A stretch of 64,000 nucleotides of DNA from an uncultured Treponemataceae bacterium (GTDB taxonomy: Bacteria > Spirochaetota > Spirochaetia > Treponematales > UBA12059): the NCBI GenBank assembly GCA_964630305.1, contig CAZVTR010000005.1, forward strand, positions 7,153-71,152, written 5' to 3'. The number at the start of each line of letters is the position of its first letter. Position 1 is the first letter of the stretch. The notes under the pieces are model-generated. The model had not been told where the DNA came from. It made no database searches and saw only the letters and a program-made list of their open reading frames with translations. Shown in pieces: positions 1 through 9,862 of this stretch. A program made the translations under genes and the position numbers.

Positions 1-817
1 CTGGCCGCGCAAAATAGATGAGTTCAAAAATACAGTGAGACAGCTGCATCGGTGCTGATGTATTAAGCATATGCGACTGCAGACCATCCTGATTTATAAT
101 AATGATTTCACCGGGTTTAACTTCATGTATGTTTTCTGCTGCTATGCTGTAGAGCGCACAGGGTTCACTTGCTGTGTACCAAGCTGAGTCCTTTTGAGCG
201 TAGTAGAGCGGCCGGAAACCGCAAGGATCCCGCACTAATATAAGCTCATTGTCCCAGAGCATGCATAGGCTGTAAGCACCTTCAATTCCATGCAAAGCCT
301 CCTGAAGAATATCAATTTTGCTTTGCTTCATACTGTGGCTTATTCGGTGCAAAATGATTTCGGAATCAGTAGTTGTCTGAAAAATATTTCCGTTATTAAA
401 AAGCTCTGCTCGGAGTTCATTAGCGTTGGAAAGATTTCCGTTATGTGCCAGCGCAATGTGGCCTTTGTTGCAGTAAATGGCAATAGGCTGAGCGTTGATG
501 ATGCCGCTCCCGCCGTGTGTAGCATAGCGGACATGCCCTATAGCACTGGTTGAAACTTCCTGAGTGGTAAGCCAGGCTTCCATTCGCTGAGAGACCATGC
601 CGAGTGTCTTATCGGTTTTTATGCGGGTATCATGCTGCCAGGCAATTCCGCAGGCTTCCTGTCCGCGGTGCTGGAGCGCAAAGAGCATGTAAAAGGTATA
701 TTTGTGTACATTGATAGGAACAGGTGACCAAACGCCGCAAATGCCGCAAAAATGGCCAGGTTTTTCGAGTATGTCCAGAGTGGAAGTTGCTTCAGTCTGC
801 ACATAAATATCTAGCAT
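1..817 (-). CDS. purF: amidophosphoribosyltransferase, N-terminal portion (3' end lies beyond the window edge)
   Basis: Manual translation of the minus strand from the ATG at 817 to base 1 is open throughout. It reads MLDIYVQTEATSTLDILEKPGHFCGICGVW...FALQHRGQEACGI...GHVRYATHG...ALAHNGNLSN...TDSEII...RDPCGFRPL. This is a class-II (Ntn) glutamine amidotransferase domain with a propeptide before the catalytic Cys, as in PurF. It is absent from the ORF track because it runs off the edge. Confidence 0.85.
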   Translation of the reverse strand, partial: MLDIYVQTEATSTLDILEKPGHFCGICGVWSPVPINVHKYTFYMLFALQHRGQEACGIAWQHDTRIKTDKTLGMVSQRMEAWLTTQEVSTSAIGHVRYATHGGSGIINAQPIAIYCNKGHIALAHNGNLSNANELRAELFNNGNIFQTTTDSEIILHRISHSMKQSKIDILQEALHGIEGAYSLCMLWDNELILVRDPCGFRPLYYAQKDSAWYTASEPCALYSIAAENIHEVKPGEIIIINQDGLQSHMLNTSAPMQLSHCIFELIYFARP

Positions 818-845
818 ATACCGGCCATGCTGGTCAACTCATTCA

Positions 846-2420
846 TTATTCTTCTTGAATTACAGTTCCCCGAACGGTAACAAATGAGCGCATTACCTTT
901 ATAAAAAGTTCGAGTGTGTCTTTGCTTTGATTGAGCGAAGCAATGAGTTCTCGGTTGTGAAGTCCTCCAATTGTCCGGATATTGCTTAAAATATCAGGAT
1001 TAGGCTTTCGCTGGTCATTGAGGAGATCATTGATTGCTAAATACAGCATTAAAAAAAGTCCTGATTCATCTTCGCAAATCTCATTTGCTTCGGAGTTAAT
1101 TTCATCGATAATCTTTTGGAGGAATTGACTGATATCCTTACCATGTTTCATTTCGTCCACATACCGTTTGATTGAAACTATGGTCGATCGTCCCGTTCCT
1201 TTAAGGTTGCGTTCAAATGCACGTATCCGATTCATTGTTTTATCACACTGATAGACGAGATTAGCAAGATTGTTTTGAAAGCTTTTATTATCGAAATATC
1301 CTTCAATGAGAATTTTTTTTATAATATCACGAATTTCTGTGTCATACTTGTTTTGAACAAAAGTTTTTAAAATACTCAAGGGACGAATATGGGTAAAGTG
1401 AAATGGCGTATCTTGACTGATACGGAGGTTGGTTTCTTCATTGTATTCTTCGACAGGAATAATCTGTGTGTTTGCAAATAATTTTTGAATGTCTTTATTG
1501 ACAGTCATTTCTCGCATTTCCCGCTGCAGCTTATTTCTGACTGTTTCAAAATTTTCAGTAATGCGAATTTTGTAGTTTAAAAAAGTGTTCTGGCGTTCAT
1601 GAAGCAAATTAGGCGTATATTCAGAATTCTTTTTTGCGAGACGTACCAGCGTTAAGAGTACTACTCCGCTTAACTTGTAATTTAAGAATTTATTGAGAAT
1701 GTTACAGATTTTTTGAAGTGCTTCGAGGTTCCCTGTGCTTTCGGGGTGTATTTTGCCAAGAAGCAATCCCAAATTATTAATGAGCTGCGGTGTAAAAAGA
1801 AAATTATTCAAAAGGTAGTGAATATCAATAAGCTCATTCTCAAGGTGCTCAGCTTCACAGGGTTGGGGATTATAGGCATAGTCTTTTTGTGTAAGGTTAA
1901 CTCCTGGATCAAAAAAGCTTAAAACTCGCTCCCAGTCAAAGCGGCAGATTTCAACAAAACATTGCAGCTGAAATATTTCTTCATTAATTTTATTGCTGTC
2001 AAGCTGGTCCAGTTTTTGAATAAGTTTTTGAAAATCTTGATTGAGTTTTTCTACTTCCTGATCTAACATCACGGCATTTTCAAGTTTTGATTTTATATTT
2101 TCTGGCAAGAACTCAGATTTGAGTTCAAGCACTTCATCGGGTAAATGCATGTCTATGACATAATCGATAAACTTTTTTGACATGCGGATATCGGGGTGGC
2201 CAATACTGTGGTCAGATAAATCAATGAGAGGACGCAGCGCAGACACAAATAGAAAAAGGTCTTTAGCAAAGTCTGTGGTTATTAGGTGATTGTGGATACT
2301 GTAATAATGGAGATCTTTTTGTAATAGAATTTTATTAAGTCTCCGAACTTCTTGATATGATGGGTCGTTAAATTTGAGTAAACTTTTAAAAAACTCAATA
2401 ATTTTTTTGAAAAAATTCAT
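846..2420 (-). CDS. hypothetical protein (~524 aa, helical and Lys/Asn/Leu-rich; no motif I recognise)
   Basis: Long uninterrupted ORF (track 846..2456) in visibly AT-rich DNA. I prefer the first ATG (MNFFKKIIEFF, 2420), because the GTG at 2456 lies inside a good -35 hexamer. It ends 28 nt upstream of purF on the same strand. Confidence 0.6.
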   Translation of the reverse strand: MNFFKKIIEFFKSLLKFNDPSYQEVRRLNKILLQKDLHYYSIHNHLITTDFAKDLFLFVSALRPLIDLSDHSIGHPDIRMSKKFIDYVIDMHLPDEVLELKSEFLPENIKSKLENAVMLDQEVEKLNQDFQKLIQKLDQLDSNKINEEIFQLQCFVEICRFDWERVLSFFDPGVNLTQKDYAYNPQPCEAEHLENELIDIHYLLNNFLFTPQLINNLGLLLGKIHPESTGNLEALQKICNILNKFLNYKLSGVVLLTLVRLAKKNSEYTPNLLHERQNTFLNYKIRITENFETVRNKLQREMREMTVNKDIQKLFANTQIIPVEEYNEETNLRISQDTPFHFTHIRPLSILKTFVQNKYDTEIRDIIKKILIEGYFDNKSFQNNLANLVYQCDKTMNRIRAFERNLKGTGRSTIVSIKRYVDEMKHGKDISQFLQKIIDEINSEANEICEDESGLFLMLYLAINDLLNDQRKPNPDILSNIRTIGGLHNRELIASLNQSKDTLELFIKVMRSFVTVRGTVIQEE

Positions 2421-2429
2421 ATAAAGTAT

Positions 2430-2458
2430 ATTGTATTCAAAATTATTAATTTTCACAA
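2430..2458 (-). promoter_or_regulatory. candidate sigma-70 promoter TTGTGA-17nt-TACAAT, ending 9 nt before the ATG at 2420 (near-leaderless transcript)
   Basis: The reverse complement of 2430..2458 reads TTGTGA AAATTAATAATTTTGAA TACAAT. No Shine-Dalgarno sequence precedes either candidate start. Confidence 0.35.
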
Positions 2459-2530
2459 GAACATTTTTTAAGATTGACCCGATACTCTATATGAATTAAA
2501 ATTAAACTGATAGGCGGCAGTAGATTTTTT

Positions 2531-3337
2531 ATGAATAATATATTAAGTGATGCTGATTTTGAATTGTATCGAAAACTCATTTACGATGAAAGCGGTATCC
2601 ATTTTTCTGCTACAAACCGGGCAATCCTTGAAAGCCGGCTGGCAGAACGATTGCGCGAGAAAAAACTGCAGAACCTTCGAGAGTACTATCAAATTATTAT
2701 TTCTGACAAAGATGAGCTAAAAGTACTGCTTGATTCCGTTACTACTAATTTAACTCGGTTTTTTAGGAACCAAGGGCATTTTGATGCTCTTGAGCATCAT
2801 GTGATACCGGAGCTCATGAAACAGAAAAAAGAAAAAACATTAAAAATCTGGAGTGCCGGTTGTTCTACAGGCGAAGAACCGTATTCAATTGCAATGTTGC
2901 TGGAAGATAAGCTGCCTTCGGGCTGGACCTATCAGATAACGGCAAGCGATATAAGTCTTAAATCACTCATGGTTGGCAAAGAGGGCTTCTATCCAGAAAC
3001 GAGGATACAGGGAGTACCTGAACCATATCTGGCACGATTTTTTGAGAAATTGCCTAATGGTTTTCAAGTCAAAGATTCAATAAAAACTAAAATAACCTTC
3101 GATTACCATAACTTGAAGCATGATTCTTCACAGAGAAATCTTGATGTTGTATTTTGCAGAAATGTATTAATTTATTTTGATGAAGCTGCACAAAAGGCAA
3201 CAGTAGAGCGCTTTTGGCAGGCAATGGCAGATAAATCGTTTTTATTTATCGGACACTCAGAAAGTCTATTTGGCATGAATACAAAGTTTGAGTTTGTAAA
3301 AACCGATTGGACGTGCTTATACCGTAAATGGCTTTGA
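2531..3337 (+). CDS. cheR: chemotaxis protein methyltransferase CheR
   Basis: 268 aa with LTRFFRN, KIWSAGCSTGEEPYSIAM and VVFCRNVLIYFD, the typical CheR SAM-methyltransferase motifs. It sits directly upstream of cheB. Confidence 0.92.
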   Translation: MNNILSDADFELYRKLIYDESGIHFSATNRAILESRLAERLREKKLQNLREYYQIIISDKDELKVLLDSVTTNLTRFFRNQGHFDALEHHVIPELMKQKKEKTLKIWSAGCSTGEEPYSIAMLLEDKLPSGWTYQITASDISLKSLMVGKEGFYPETRIQGVPEPYLARFFEKLPNGFQVKDSIKTKITFDYHNLKHDSSQRNLDVVFCRNVLIYFDEAAQKATVERFWQAMADKSFLFIGHSESLFGMNTKFEFVKTDWTCLYRKWL

Positions 3338-3380
3338 AATACTATACAGTTGTTTTAGATAGAAAAGTGTTGGAGGTTTT

Positions 3381-4508
3381 GTGGGAGAGCCCATTTCTGT
3401 ATTGATTGTTGATGATTCTGCACTGATGCGTAACCTCATTGCAAAAATCATAGAGGCAACACCAGGTCTTGTTGTTGCAGATAAGGCAATGAATGGTCTC
3501 TTTGCATTGCAAAAAATTCCCCGCTGTAATCCAGATGTTATTGTGCTTGATCTGGAAATGCCTGAAATGAATGGGATTGAATTTCTTAAAGAACGGCGCA
3601 AGCTTGGAATAGAAATTCCCGTAGTGATTCTTTCCAGTATAGCAAAACGTGGTGCGCAAATAACCATGGAAGCATTGGCGCTTGGGGCATCGGATTTTAT
3701 TACAAAACCTTCCGGCTCAATTTCCACGGATATTCATACGGTAGCTGGTGAACTGGTGCGCATGCTGGTAGCATATGGCAGTCAGTATCAGCGTGTCAAA
3801 GGAAAAGAGCCGCCCCATTACTGTTTTGACATGCCTGAGCGTATGTTTGAAATTGCGGTATATGGAGAGCCAGCAAAGAAAATAGAACCGCAGCAGCCTG
3901 TTCAGCCTGTGCGTCAGCCTGGTAATACCGAGATTGTTGCAATAGGTATCTCTACCGGCGGTCCTAATGCGTTAAGAGAGCTTCTTCCGCAACTACCTGG
4001 AGATATAGGAGTGCCCATAGTGGTAGTTCAGCATATGCCTCCAGGTTTTACGGAAGAATTTGCCAATAGTTTGAATAAGATTTGTCAAATGGAAGTAAAA
4101 GAAGCTAAAGAAGGAGATATCCTGAAGCCTAATAGAATCCTTATAGCGCCAGGCGATTACCATATTGCGGTTGAAAAAAAGAGCCTCGCGGGCATTGTTC
4201 ATATTCATCAGGATCCGCCTGAAAATGGGCACCGCCCTAGTGCCGATGTTTTGTTCCGTTCAGTAGCGCAAGAATATAAAAATCGTGCCCTCGGAGTAAT
4301 AATGACTGGTATGGGGAAGGATGGTGCTCGAGAATTGGGCAGTATTAGGCGGGAAGGCGGTATCACGCTGGGACAGGATGAACAAACCAGTGTTGTCTAT
4401 GGCATGCCTAAAGTTGCTTTTGAGTTAGGACATGTTCAGGAACAACTGCCGCTCAATAGTATGGCAAAAAGAATCTATGAACTTGTGAAAACTAAACGGG
4501 AATTATAG
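3381..4508 (+). CDS. cheB: chemotaxis response regulator protein-glutamate methylesterase CheB
   Basis: N-terminal receiver domain (VLIVDDSALMR...DVIVLDLEMPEMNG) plus a methylesterase domain (GISTGGPNAL, VVVQHMPPGF, MTGMGKDGA). The GTG start follows GGAGG. Confidence 0.93.
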   Translation: MGEPISVLIVDDSALMRNLIAKIIEATPGLVVADKAMNGLFALQKIPRCNPDVIVLDLEMPEMNGIEFLKERRKLGIEIPVVILSSIAKRGAQITMEALALGASDFITKPSGSISTDIHTVAGELVRMLVAYGSQYQRVKGKEPPHYCFDMPERMFEIAVYGEPAKKIEPQQPVQPVRQPGNTEIVAIGISTGGPNALRELLPQLPGDIGVPIVVVQHMPPGFTEEFANSLNKICQMEVKEAKEGDILKPNRILIAPGDYHIAVEKKSLAGIVHIHQDPPENGHRPSADVLFRSVAQEYKNRALGVIMTGMGKDGARELGSIRREGGITLGQDEQTSVVYGMPKVAFELGHVQEQLPLNSMAKRIYELVKTKREL

Positions 4509-4516
4509 TTGACAGC

Positions 4517-4741
4517 TTATGCCTGAATTACTTCTGTAACTGAAGGCACCTGTTTTTTAAGATAGGTTTCAACAGTTTGTTTAATAGTCATTAACGAGTA
4601 TGGGCATGAGCCGCAGGCACCGGTCATGCGTACTTTTACTTTTCCGTCTTCACTGCAAGAAACAAACTCAATATCGCCACCATCAGCCATCAGCATAGGG
4701 CGGATATCCTGAATAGCTCGCTTTATTGCATCTATATCCAT
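4517..4741 (-). CDS. NifU-like (Nfu C-terminal domain) Fe-S cluster scaffold/carrier protein
   Basis: MDIDAIKRAIQDIRPMLMADGGDIEFV...MTGACGSCPYSLMTIK carries the CxxC Nfu motif. I chose the ATG at 4741, which is preceded by GGAG at 8-nt spacing; the track ORF extends to 4762. Confidence 0.8.
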   Translation of the reverse strand: MDIDAIKRAIQDIRPMLMADGGDIEFVSCSEDGKVKVRMTGACGSCPYSLMTIKQTVETYLKKQVPSVTEVIQA

Positions 4742-4883
4742 AGTTCGTGCTCCATTGTGCATTATGGTTTAAGTACTGTAAATCTACTCAAACAAGGTAA
4801 GGAGGTCAAGCTATAAGTATAGAATCATACAATAAAACATGCTATACTGCCTGCAAGTATAAATAGAGGGAGAAAGGATTCTC

Positions 4884-5639
4884 ATGAGCCGCATAATTGT
4901 ATTTGTCAACCAGAAAGGCGGAGTCGGAAAAACCACAACGGCATTGAACCTTGGTGCGTATATAGCACTTTCGGGTAAAAAGGTTTTACTGGTTGATTTT
5001 GATCCACAGGCTAATTTAACAAGCGGTGTTGGTTTAAGCGGTAAAACAAAAAATGTTTATAAAGTATTAACGGGTGCCTGTTCTCTTGATGAAGCTATTA
5101 TGCAGACAGAGTTATTAAACCTTTATGTGCTTCCTTCATCTATTGATTTATCTGGTGCAACGGTAGAACTAGTAGAACGTGAAGATAGAAACTATTTACT
5201 TAAAAATTTATTAGAGCCTATAAAAGATAACTATGATCTCATACTCATCGATTGTCCTCCTTCTCTTGGAGTGCTTACCTTGAATGGTCTCTGCGCTGCA
5301 CAGGAAGTAATTATTCCGCTGCAATGTGAGTATTTTGCACTGGAAGGACTTTCATTGATTTTACAGACAATAAAACTTGTACAAAAAAGTTTTAATAAAG
5401 AATTAAAAATCTCAGGTATTGTATTTACTATGTATGATTCCAGAACCAATTTGGCTCAGGATGTGGTTTCTCAGGTTACGGGTTATTTTGAAGAAAAAGT
5501 TTATGAGACTATTATTCCAAGAAATGTACGCTTGTCAGAAGCGCCTTCTCATGGTAAACCCATTTGTCTTTATGATAATTCATGTGTTGGTGCTAAGAGT
5601 TATGCAAAATTAGCAGATGAGGTGCTTGCTCGTGGGTAA
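4884..5639 (+). CDS. parA: chromosome partitioning ATPase ParA/Soj
   Basis: Deviant Walker A motif NQKGGVGKTTT, plus LLVDFDPQAN and DLILIDCPPSLG. parB follows immediately. Confidence 0.93.
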   Translation: MSRIIVFVNQKGGVGKTTTALNLGAYIALSGKKVLLVDFDPQANLTSGVGLSGKTKNVYKVLTGACSLDEAIMQTELLNLYVLPSSIDLSGATVELVEREDRNYLLKNLLEPIKDNYDLILIDCPPSLGVLTLNGLCAAQEVIIPLQCEYFALEGLSLILQTIKLVQKSFNKELKISGIVFTMYDSRTNLAQDVVSQVTGYFEEKVYETIIPRNVRLSEAPSHGKPICLYDNSCVGAKSYAKLADEVLARG

Positions 5640-6510
5640 AAGCGGTGGTCTAGGCAAAGGTTTACATGCGCTCATTCCTCAAGATGTTTTGGATGATGAA
5701 GATTCAGCTTCAAGTGTTGTTACGCTGCCTCTGGAATCAGTAGAACCAAATCCTGAGCAGCCTCGAAAACAATTCGATGAACAGGCGTTGCAAGAGCTGG
5801 CTGATTCTATCCGAAAGCATGGTGTGATACAGCCGATCATTGTTGAGCGTATTAATGAAAAGTACAGGATTGTTGCCGGAGAGCGGCGCTGGAGAGCTTC
5901 AAAACTGGCTGGCTTGAGAGAAATACCTGCGCTTGTACGGGAATATGGCAGAGAAAAACGTTTGGAAATAGCCTTAATTGAAAATATTCAGCGTGAAGAT
6001 TTAAATCCCATCGATGAAGCTGAAGCATACAGGCAGATAATCGAAATTACCAATATAACACAAGATGAACTCGCTGAACGAGTCGGTAAAAGCCGCCCAG
6101 CGGTTGCAAATGCACTGAGGCTGCTCAATTTGCCGGAGTTTGCAAAAGAATCGCTGAGAAATGGCTCCATTACAGCTGGTCATGCACGAGCAGTACTCAG
6201 CGTGCTTGAAAATGCAAAACGGGAAGAACTTTTAAAAAAAATTATCAATGAAGGTTTATCAGTGCGGGAAGCAGAACAGCTTGCTTCGTCAATGAACACA
6301 GCAAGAACGGTAAAATCTGGATCCGCCGCTCAAAAGAAAATAGCGCAGGAAGATGCCGATCTGGAACATATACGGCAGGTCTTGATAGAAAAACTTGGCA
6401 CGAGAGTTACAATTAAGGGTTCTCAGAAAAAAGGAGTGATATCATTTGAATACTACTCGCTGGAGGATCTCAATAGACTCTATGCTCTGCTCTGTGGAGA
6501 GCAAGAATAA
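5632..6510 (+). CDS. parB: chromosome partitioning protein ParB/Spo0J
   Basis: GLGKGLHALIP start region, ParB box IQPIIVER...IVAGERRWRA, and HTH QDELAERVGKSRPAVANALRLL. The GTG at 5632 has GAGGTG 7 nt upstream and overlaps the parA stop; the ATG at 5617 is an alternative start. Confidence 0.9.
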   Translation: MGKSGGLGKGLHALIPQDVLDDEDSASSVVTLPLESVEPNPEQPRKQFDEQALQELADSIRKHGVIQPIIVERINEKYRIVAGERRWRASKLAGLREIPALVREYGREKRLEIALIENIQREDLNPIDEAEAYRQIIEITNITQDELAERVGKSRPAVANALRLLNLPEFAKESLRNGSITAGHARAVLSVLENAKREELLKKIINEGLSVREAEQLASSMNTARTVKSGSAAQKKIAQEDADLEHIRQVLIEKLGTRVTIKGSQKKGVISFEYYSLEDLNRLYALLCGEQE

Positions 6511-6632
6511 GAGATATTGATTACTGCATAAAATAAACTATACTTATCACTATGCATCAATAATAAGCGATGTTTTTACTTTATATTAATAAAATGTTCT
6601 TCCTGTGAACTAGAATGGTAGTGAGGTATAGT

Positions 6633-7721
6633 ATGAAAAAAATAGGTATTCTTTGTTTAGTTATTTTGCTTGCAGCATGTGTAACCACGAAACCCGACGA
6701 GAAAACGTTTGTGGGTGTTGAAAAACAAGAACTTCCTGATGAATTCAAAGGAAATCCCGATCAAACCAATACTAGTTCGGCCGATACTTCGACTCAGCAG
6801 GAAGATGGTGGCACAGTACAGCCAGATCAGGAAGGTGCAATACAACCAGTTCCGGAGGATACTGGTGAACCACCTGTTCAGGAAGGTGCTGACAAAACAC
6901 AGGAAGCTAGTGAAGAAATAATAGTAGTCACAGAATCTGACACAGAAGTCACAATTGTACTAGATGAATCAGAGGATCAGGATGCTGTTGTTGTAGAAAC
7001 ACAGAGTAATGCTGTTTCGGTTCCGGAAACTTCACTGGTTACAATACGAAGTACCGATGCTGAGCGCTTAGGTGTTATTTTTGCAGATATGTTTGCACTT
7101 AGAAATTATGAAAATATGCTTAAAACTGCAAATACACTTGATGTAACGCAGGTAATCATACTGTGCAATTCGAATAATCAAGCAGTCTATACTGAACTGT
7201 TTTTAAAATTGCAGGATGCCGCAATAAAATTTTATTTGTTGTTTTCTGATTATATGGTTTTTTATAGAAATCGTGAGATTATAAAAAATAACTCATCAAT
7301 TAAAGGCGTTATTTTCTGGTATGAATATTGGAATTTTATTCAATTCAACTATAAATCCAGGACAGAGTCATTTGAAGAGTACCTGAAACAGTTAAATATT
7401 GTTTCTGCAACAGCAAAACAATATGGTCTCATGTGCTATACAATTGTCGACTGGTTTACAATAGATGAACTAAAACAGATACTTGCATTCCCTCTCCTTG
7501 GTTTGCTCCTTGCTGTTAATGATAAACGAATAGGCATAGCGGAATACATTGATACGAATATACAGCTCGTTCGTTCAACTGGGATCCCAGTATATTGGGG
7601 CATTTTTTTAAATTATAAACCTGGATACAATATGAATACGGGGACAGACAATGATGTCATTAAGCTCATGAAGCTGTACCGTGACGATCCTCGGTTTCAA
7701 GGAATTATTTTTTTGTATTAG
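6633..7721 (+). CDS. lipoprotein of unknown function (acidic low-complexity N-terminal half, AT-rich aromatic C-terminal half)
   Basis: MKKIGILCLVILLAAC is a signal peptide with a lipobox (LAAC). GAGG lies 6 nt upstream of the ATG at 6633. I recognise no catalytic motif. Confidence 0.65.
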   Translation: MKKIGILCLVILLAACVTTKPDEKTFVGVEKQELPDEFKGNPDQTNTSSADTSTQQEDGGTVQPDQEGAIQPVPEDTGEPPVQEGADKTQEASEEIIVVTESDTEVTIVLDESEDQDAVVVETQSNAVSVPETSLVTIRSTDAERLGVIFADMFALRNYENMLKTANTLDVTQVIILCNSNNQAVYTELFLKLQDAAIKFYLLFSDYMVFYRNREIIKNNSSIKGVIFWYEYWNFIQFNYKSRTESFEEYLKQLNIVSATAKQYGLMCYTIVDWFTIDELKQILAFPLLGLLLAVNDKRIGIAEYIDTNIQLVRSTGIPVYWGIFLNYKPGYNMNTGTDNDVIKLMKLYRDDPRFQGIIFLY

Positions 7722-7830
7722 CTGCTGTAAGGTTACAGTAGACCTCGACTAAAAATACTAATTTTGCTAGTATTTTCTCATATTTGTATATGCTAACAGT
7801 TCAAGTAACCCTAAAGTAGTAAGGAAAACC

Positions 7831-9084
7831 ATGAAAACACTGATTCTTGGAAATGGTGCCCGTGAGCACGCTTTAGCATGGGCAAACGCTAATAGCAAAA
7901 GAAATAGCGGATTGTTTTGTCTTCCAGGTAATGCCGGAACTATGGATATTGCATTGAACATTCCAGGCAGTGTAACCAATATTCCATTTATCGTTTCTAT
8001 GGCTAAACGTTCAGAAGCTAAAATTGTTGTTGTTGGTCCTGAGACTCCGCTGGCATTAGGCGTTGTTGATGCCTTGAGAGATAATGGCATCCTCGCATTT
8101 GGTCCTGAACAGCGTTCTGCACAATTAGAATCAAGCAAAATGTTTGGCCGTGAGCTTGCACAACGCGCTGGAGTTCCTACGGCAGTATCCAAGTACTGTA
8201 AGTCTGTTCAAGATGTGATGGATTTTGTAAAAAGCAATGCGGGTAAAAAGATCGTTGCAAAAAAAAGCGGATTAGCAGCCGGTAAAGGCGTGTTAGAATC
8301 CGATAACCCTGATGAAATAAAGCAGTTTGCAGAACATGTTATACAGGAAGAACAAGATTCTATAGTAATGGAATCGTATCTCACTGGCTATGAGCTTTCG
8401 ATATTTGCCATTTTAGATGGCCAGGACTACCTTTTGCTTCCTGCATGCGCTGATCATAAAAAAGCTTTTGAGGGAAACAAAGGACCTAATACAGGCGGTA
8501 TGGGCGCTGTATGCCCGATTCCATCTGCTGATTCAAAATTACTTGGTATAATAGAAGACACCATCATACAGCCGACAATTAGCCAGATGAAAAAAGAACA
8601 GCTCATGTACAGCGGAGTTTTATTCTTTGGCATAATGGTAACCAGTGAAGGGCCAAAATTGCTTGAATATAATGTGCGTTTTGGTGATCCAGAAACCCAA
8701 TCATTGCTGCCATTGCTCAATTGTGATATTGCAGACCTTTTAGAGGCAGCAGTGACCCATAGCATAAAAGGATTTCACTGCGAGTTTGCAGATAAAACAG
8801 CAGTTGGCATTACTATTGCCGCACCAGGTTATCCTGGCACTTATGAGAAAGATATTCCAGTAGATGCTCTTCCAAAAACTAATAAGAAAACATTATTGTT
8901 TCATGCTGGGACGACAATTGACAGAGCTGGAAAACTCTATACCGGTGGCGGCCGCTGTTTTACCGCTGTCGGTATTGGTCATGACTATTTTGAAGCACAT
9001 GCTGATGCGCTTGAGCTTGCTTCAAAGGTAAAGTTCAATGGTGCCTGGTATCGTCATGATATTGGGAAATTCTTCTTTGAATAG
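7831..9084 (+). CDS. purD: phosphoribosylamine--glycine ligase
   Basis: 417 aa. MKTLILGNGAREHALAW, an ATP-grasp core (KKSGLAAGKGV, PNTGGMGA, LLEYNVRFGDPETQ) and a C-terminal GGRCFTAVG motif. Confidence 0.93.
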   Translation: MKTLILGNGAREHALAWANANSKRNSGLFCLPGNAGTMDIALNIPGSVTNIPFIVSMAKRSEAKIVVVGPETPLALGVVDALRDNGILAFGPEQRSAQLESSKMFGRELAQRAGVPTAVSKYCKSVQDVMDFVKSNAGKKIVAKKSGLAAGKGVLESDNPDEIKQFAEHVIQEEQDSIVMESYLTGYELSIFAILDGQDYLLLPACADHKKAFEGNKGPNTGGMGAVCPIPSADSKLLGIIEDTIIQPTISQMKKEQLMYSGVLFFGIMVTSEGPKLLEYNVRFGDPETQSLLPLLNCDIADLLEAAVTHSIKGFHCEFADKTAVGITIAAPGYPGTYEKDIPVDALPKTNKKTLLFHAGTTIDRAGKLYTGGGRCFTAVGIGHDYFEAHADALELASKVKFNGAWYRHDIGKFFFE

Positions 9085-9094
9085 CTCTTGGCTC

Positions 9095-9862
9095 TTATTG
9101 CTCATATAGCTTAGTTTCTAGCCAGGAGTAGACTGCTGTAATGCGGTTTTGCAATGATGAAATGTATCTCTCACTAATTCCTGGAAATACAAGCGGCCGA
9201 ACGCTCATGACAGCATAAAACAGTATGCCTTCGTCGGTTTGTATAGCTAGATAACGCAAGAAGAGGCGCTTAGGTTGAATAATAGGAACAATACCATAGA
9301 CAACAGTGGAAACATTATGTGCAGTACTAGTAATCCAGTTGGTGCCGCTCTGTAATGTAACAGTATAAGCAATGCCGCCCAGTGTGGCATCTTTTTGCCA
9401 CATCATATAGCTTGCTTGCGCGGGCATCGAAGTAAAGACAGGATCGCTCAGCTTTTTTTTCTCTTGCAGATTATTAATGAGCCATGATTCTTCATACAAA
9501 ACACGGATCTTTTTTTTGCTATTGGAGTAGTAGGTTATTCCTTGCATACTGCCTGCTGCATGCAGAATAGTAAAGAGTTTATTCATTGCTATTTTACCCG
9601 GATAGAACATGAGCGCTTCAATAGCAAAATCCGGCTTTTCTTGCTGGATGGCAGCATGTATGCGTTGTGCTTCTGGGTGCTTAGGAAGTAATGTCAGACT
9701 GATGGTTCCTGTTTTATCAGGTGCTAAAGTATTTTCTATCTTGACCGGTTTAGATGAAACCTGTACCAATCCAGTATACTGATTGAGGGGTTGCCCAAAA
9801 GCTAGCGGTTGTATGTACATGAGGATAGCAAGCGCTGTTGCAATATAAAATGGTTGTTTCAT
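9095..9862 (-). CDS. secreted hypothetical protein
   Basis: 255-aa ORF with an N-terminal signal peptide (MKQPFYIATALAILMYIQPLAFGQ). No recognisable catalytic motif. Confidence 0.6.
   Translation of the reverse strand: MKQPFYIATALAILMYIQPLAFGQPLNQYTGLVQVSSKPVKIENTLAPDKTGTISLTLLPKHPEAQRIHAAIQQEKPDFAIEALMFYPGKIAMNKLFTILHAAGSMQGITYYSNSKKKIRVLYEESWLINNLQEKKKLSDPVFTSMPAQASYMMWQKDATLGGIAYTVTLQSGTNWITSTAHNVSTVVYGIVPIIQPKRLFLRYLAIQTDEGILFYAVMSVRPLVFPGISERYISSLQNRITAVYSWLETKLYEQ

Noticed and set aside
290-553. Track ORFs 290..553 (+), 340..534 (-) and 619..804 (-) at the left edge
   Set aside because: All lie inside, or out of frame with, the purF reading frame. That frame is open from 817 to base 1 on the minus strand and carries unmistakable amidotransferase motifs. 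The track ORFs have no motifs of their own.
3317-3727. Numerous 60-160-aa antisense or nested ORFs in the track. Examples: 3317..3727 (-), 7767..8192 (-), 22411..22854 (-), 22851..23214 (-), 27684..28025 (-), 38635..39000 (-), 48224..48700 (-), 58919..59398 (-)
   Set aside because: Each is fully embedded opposite, or out of frame with, a strongly conserved CDS (cheB, purD, mnmG, phzF-like, apbE, the M24 peptidase, the bEBP). Their translations are compositionally biased (Ser/Arg/Cys/Pro-rich), as expected for antisense frames, and they lack SD sequences. I treat them as non-coding.
4763-6632. Search for a parS site (TGTTTCACGTGAAACA-like) around parA-parB
   Set aside because: No close match was seen by eye. 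The CACGTG cores I noticed elsewhere in the window (around 19164 and 63326) have non-matching flanks. This eye search is not exhaustive, so a PWM scan is needed.
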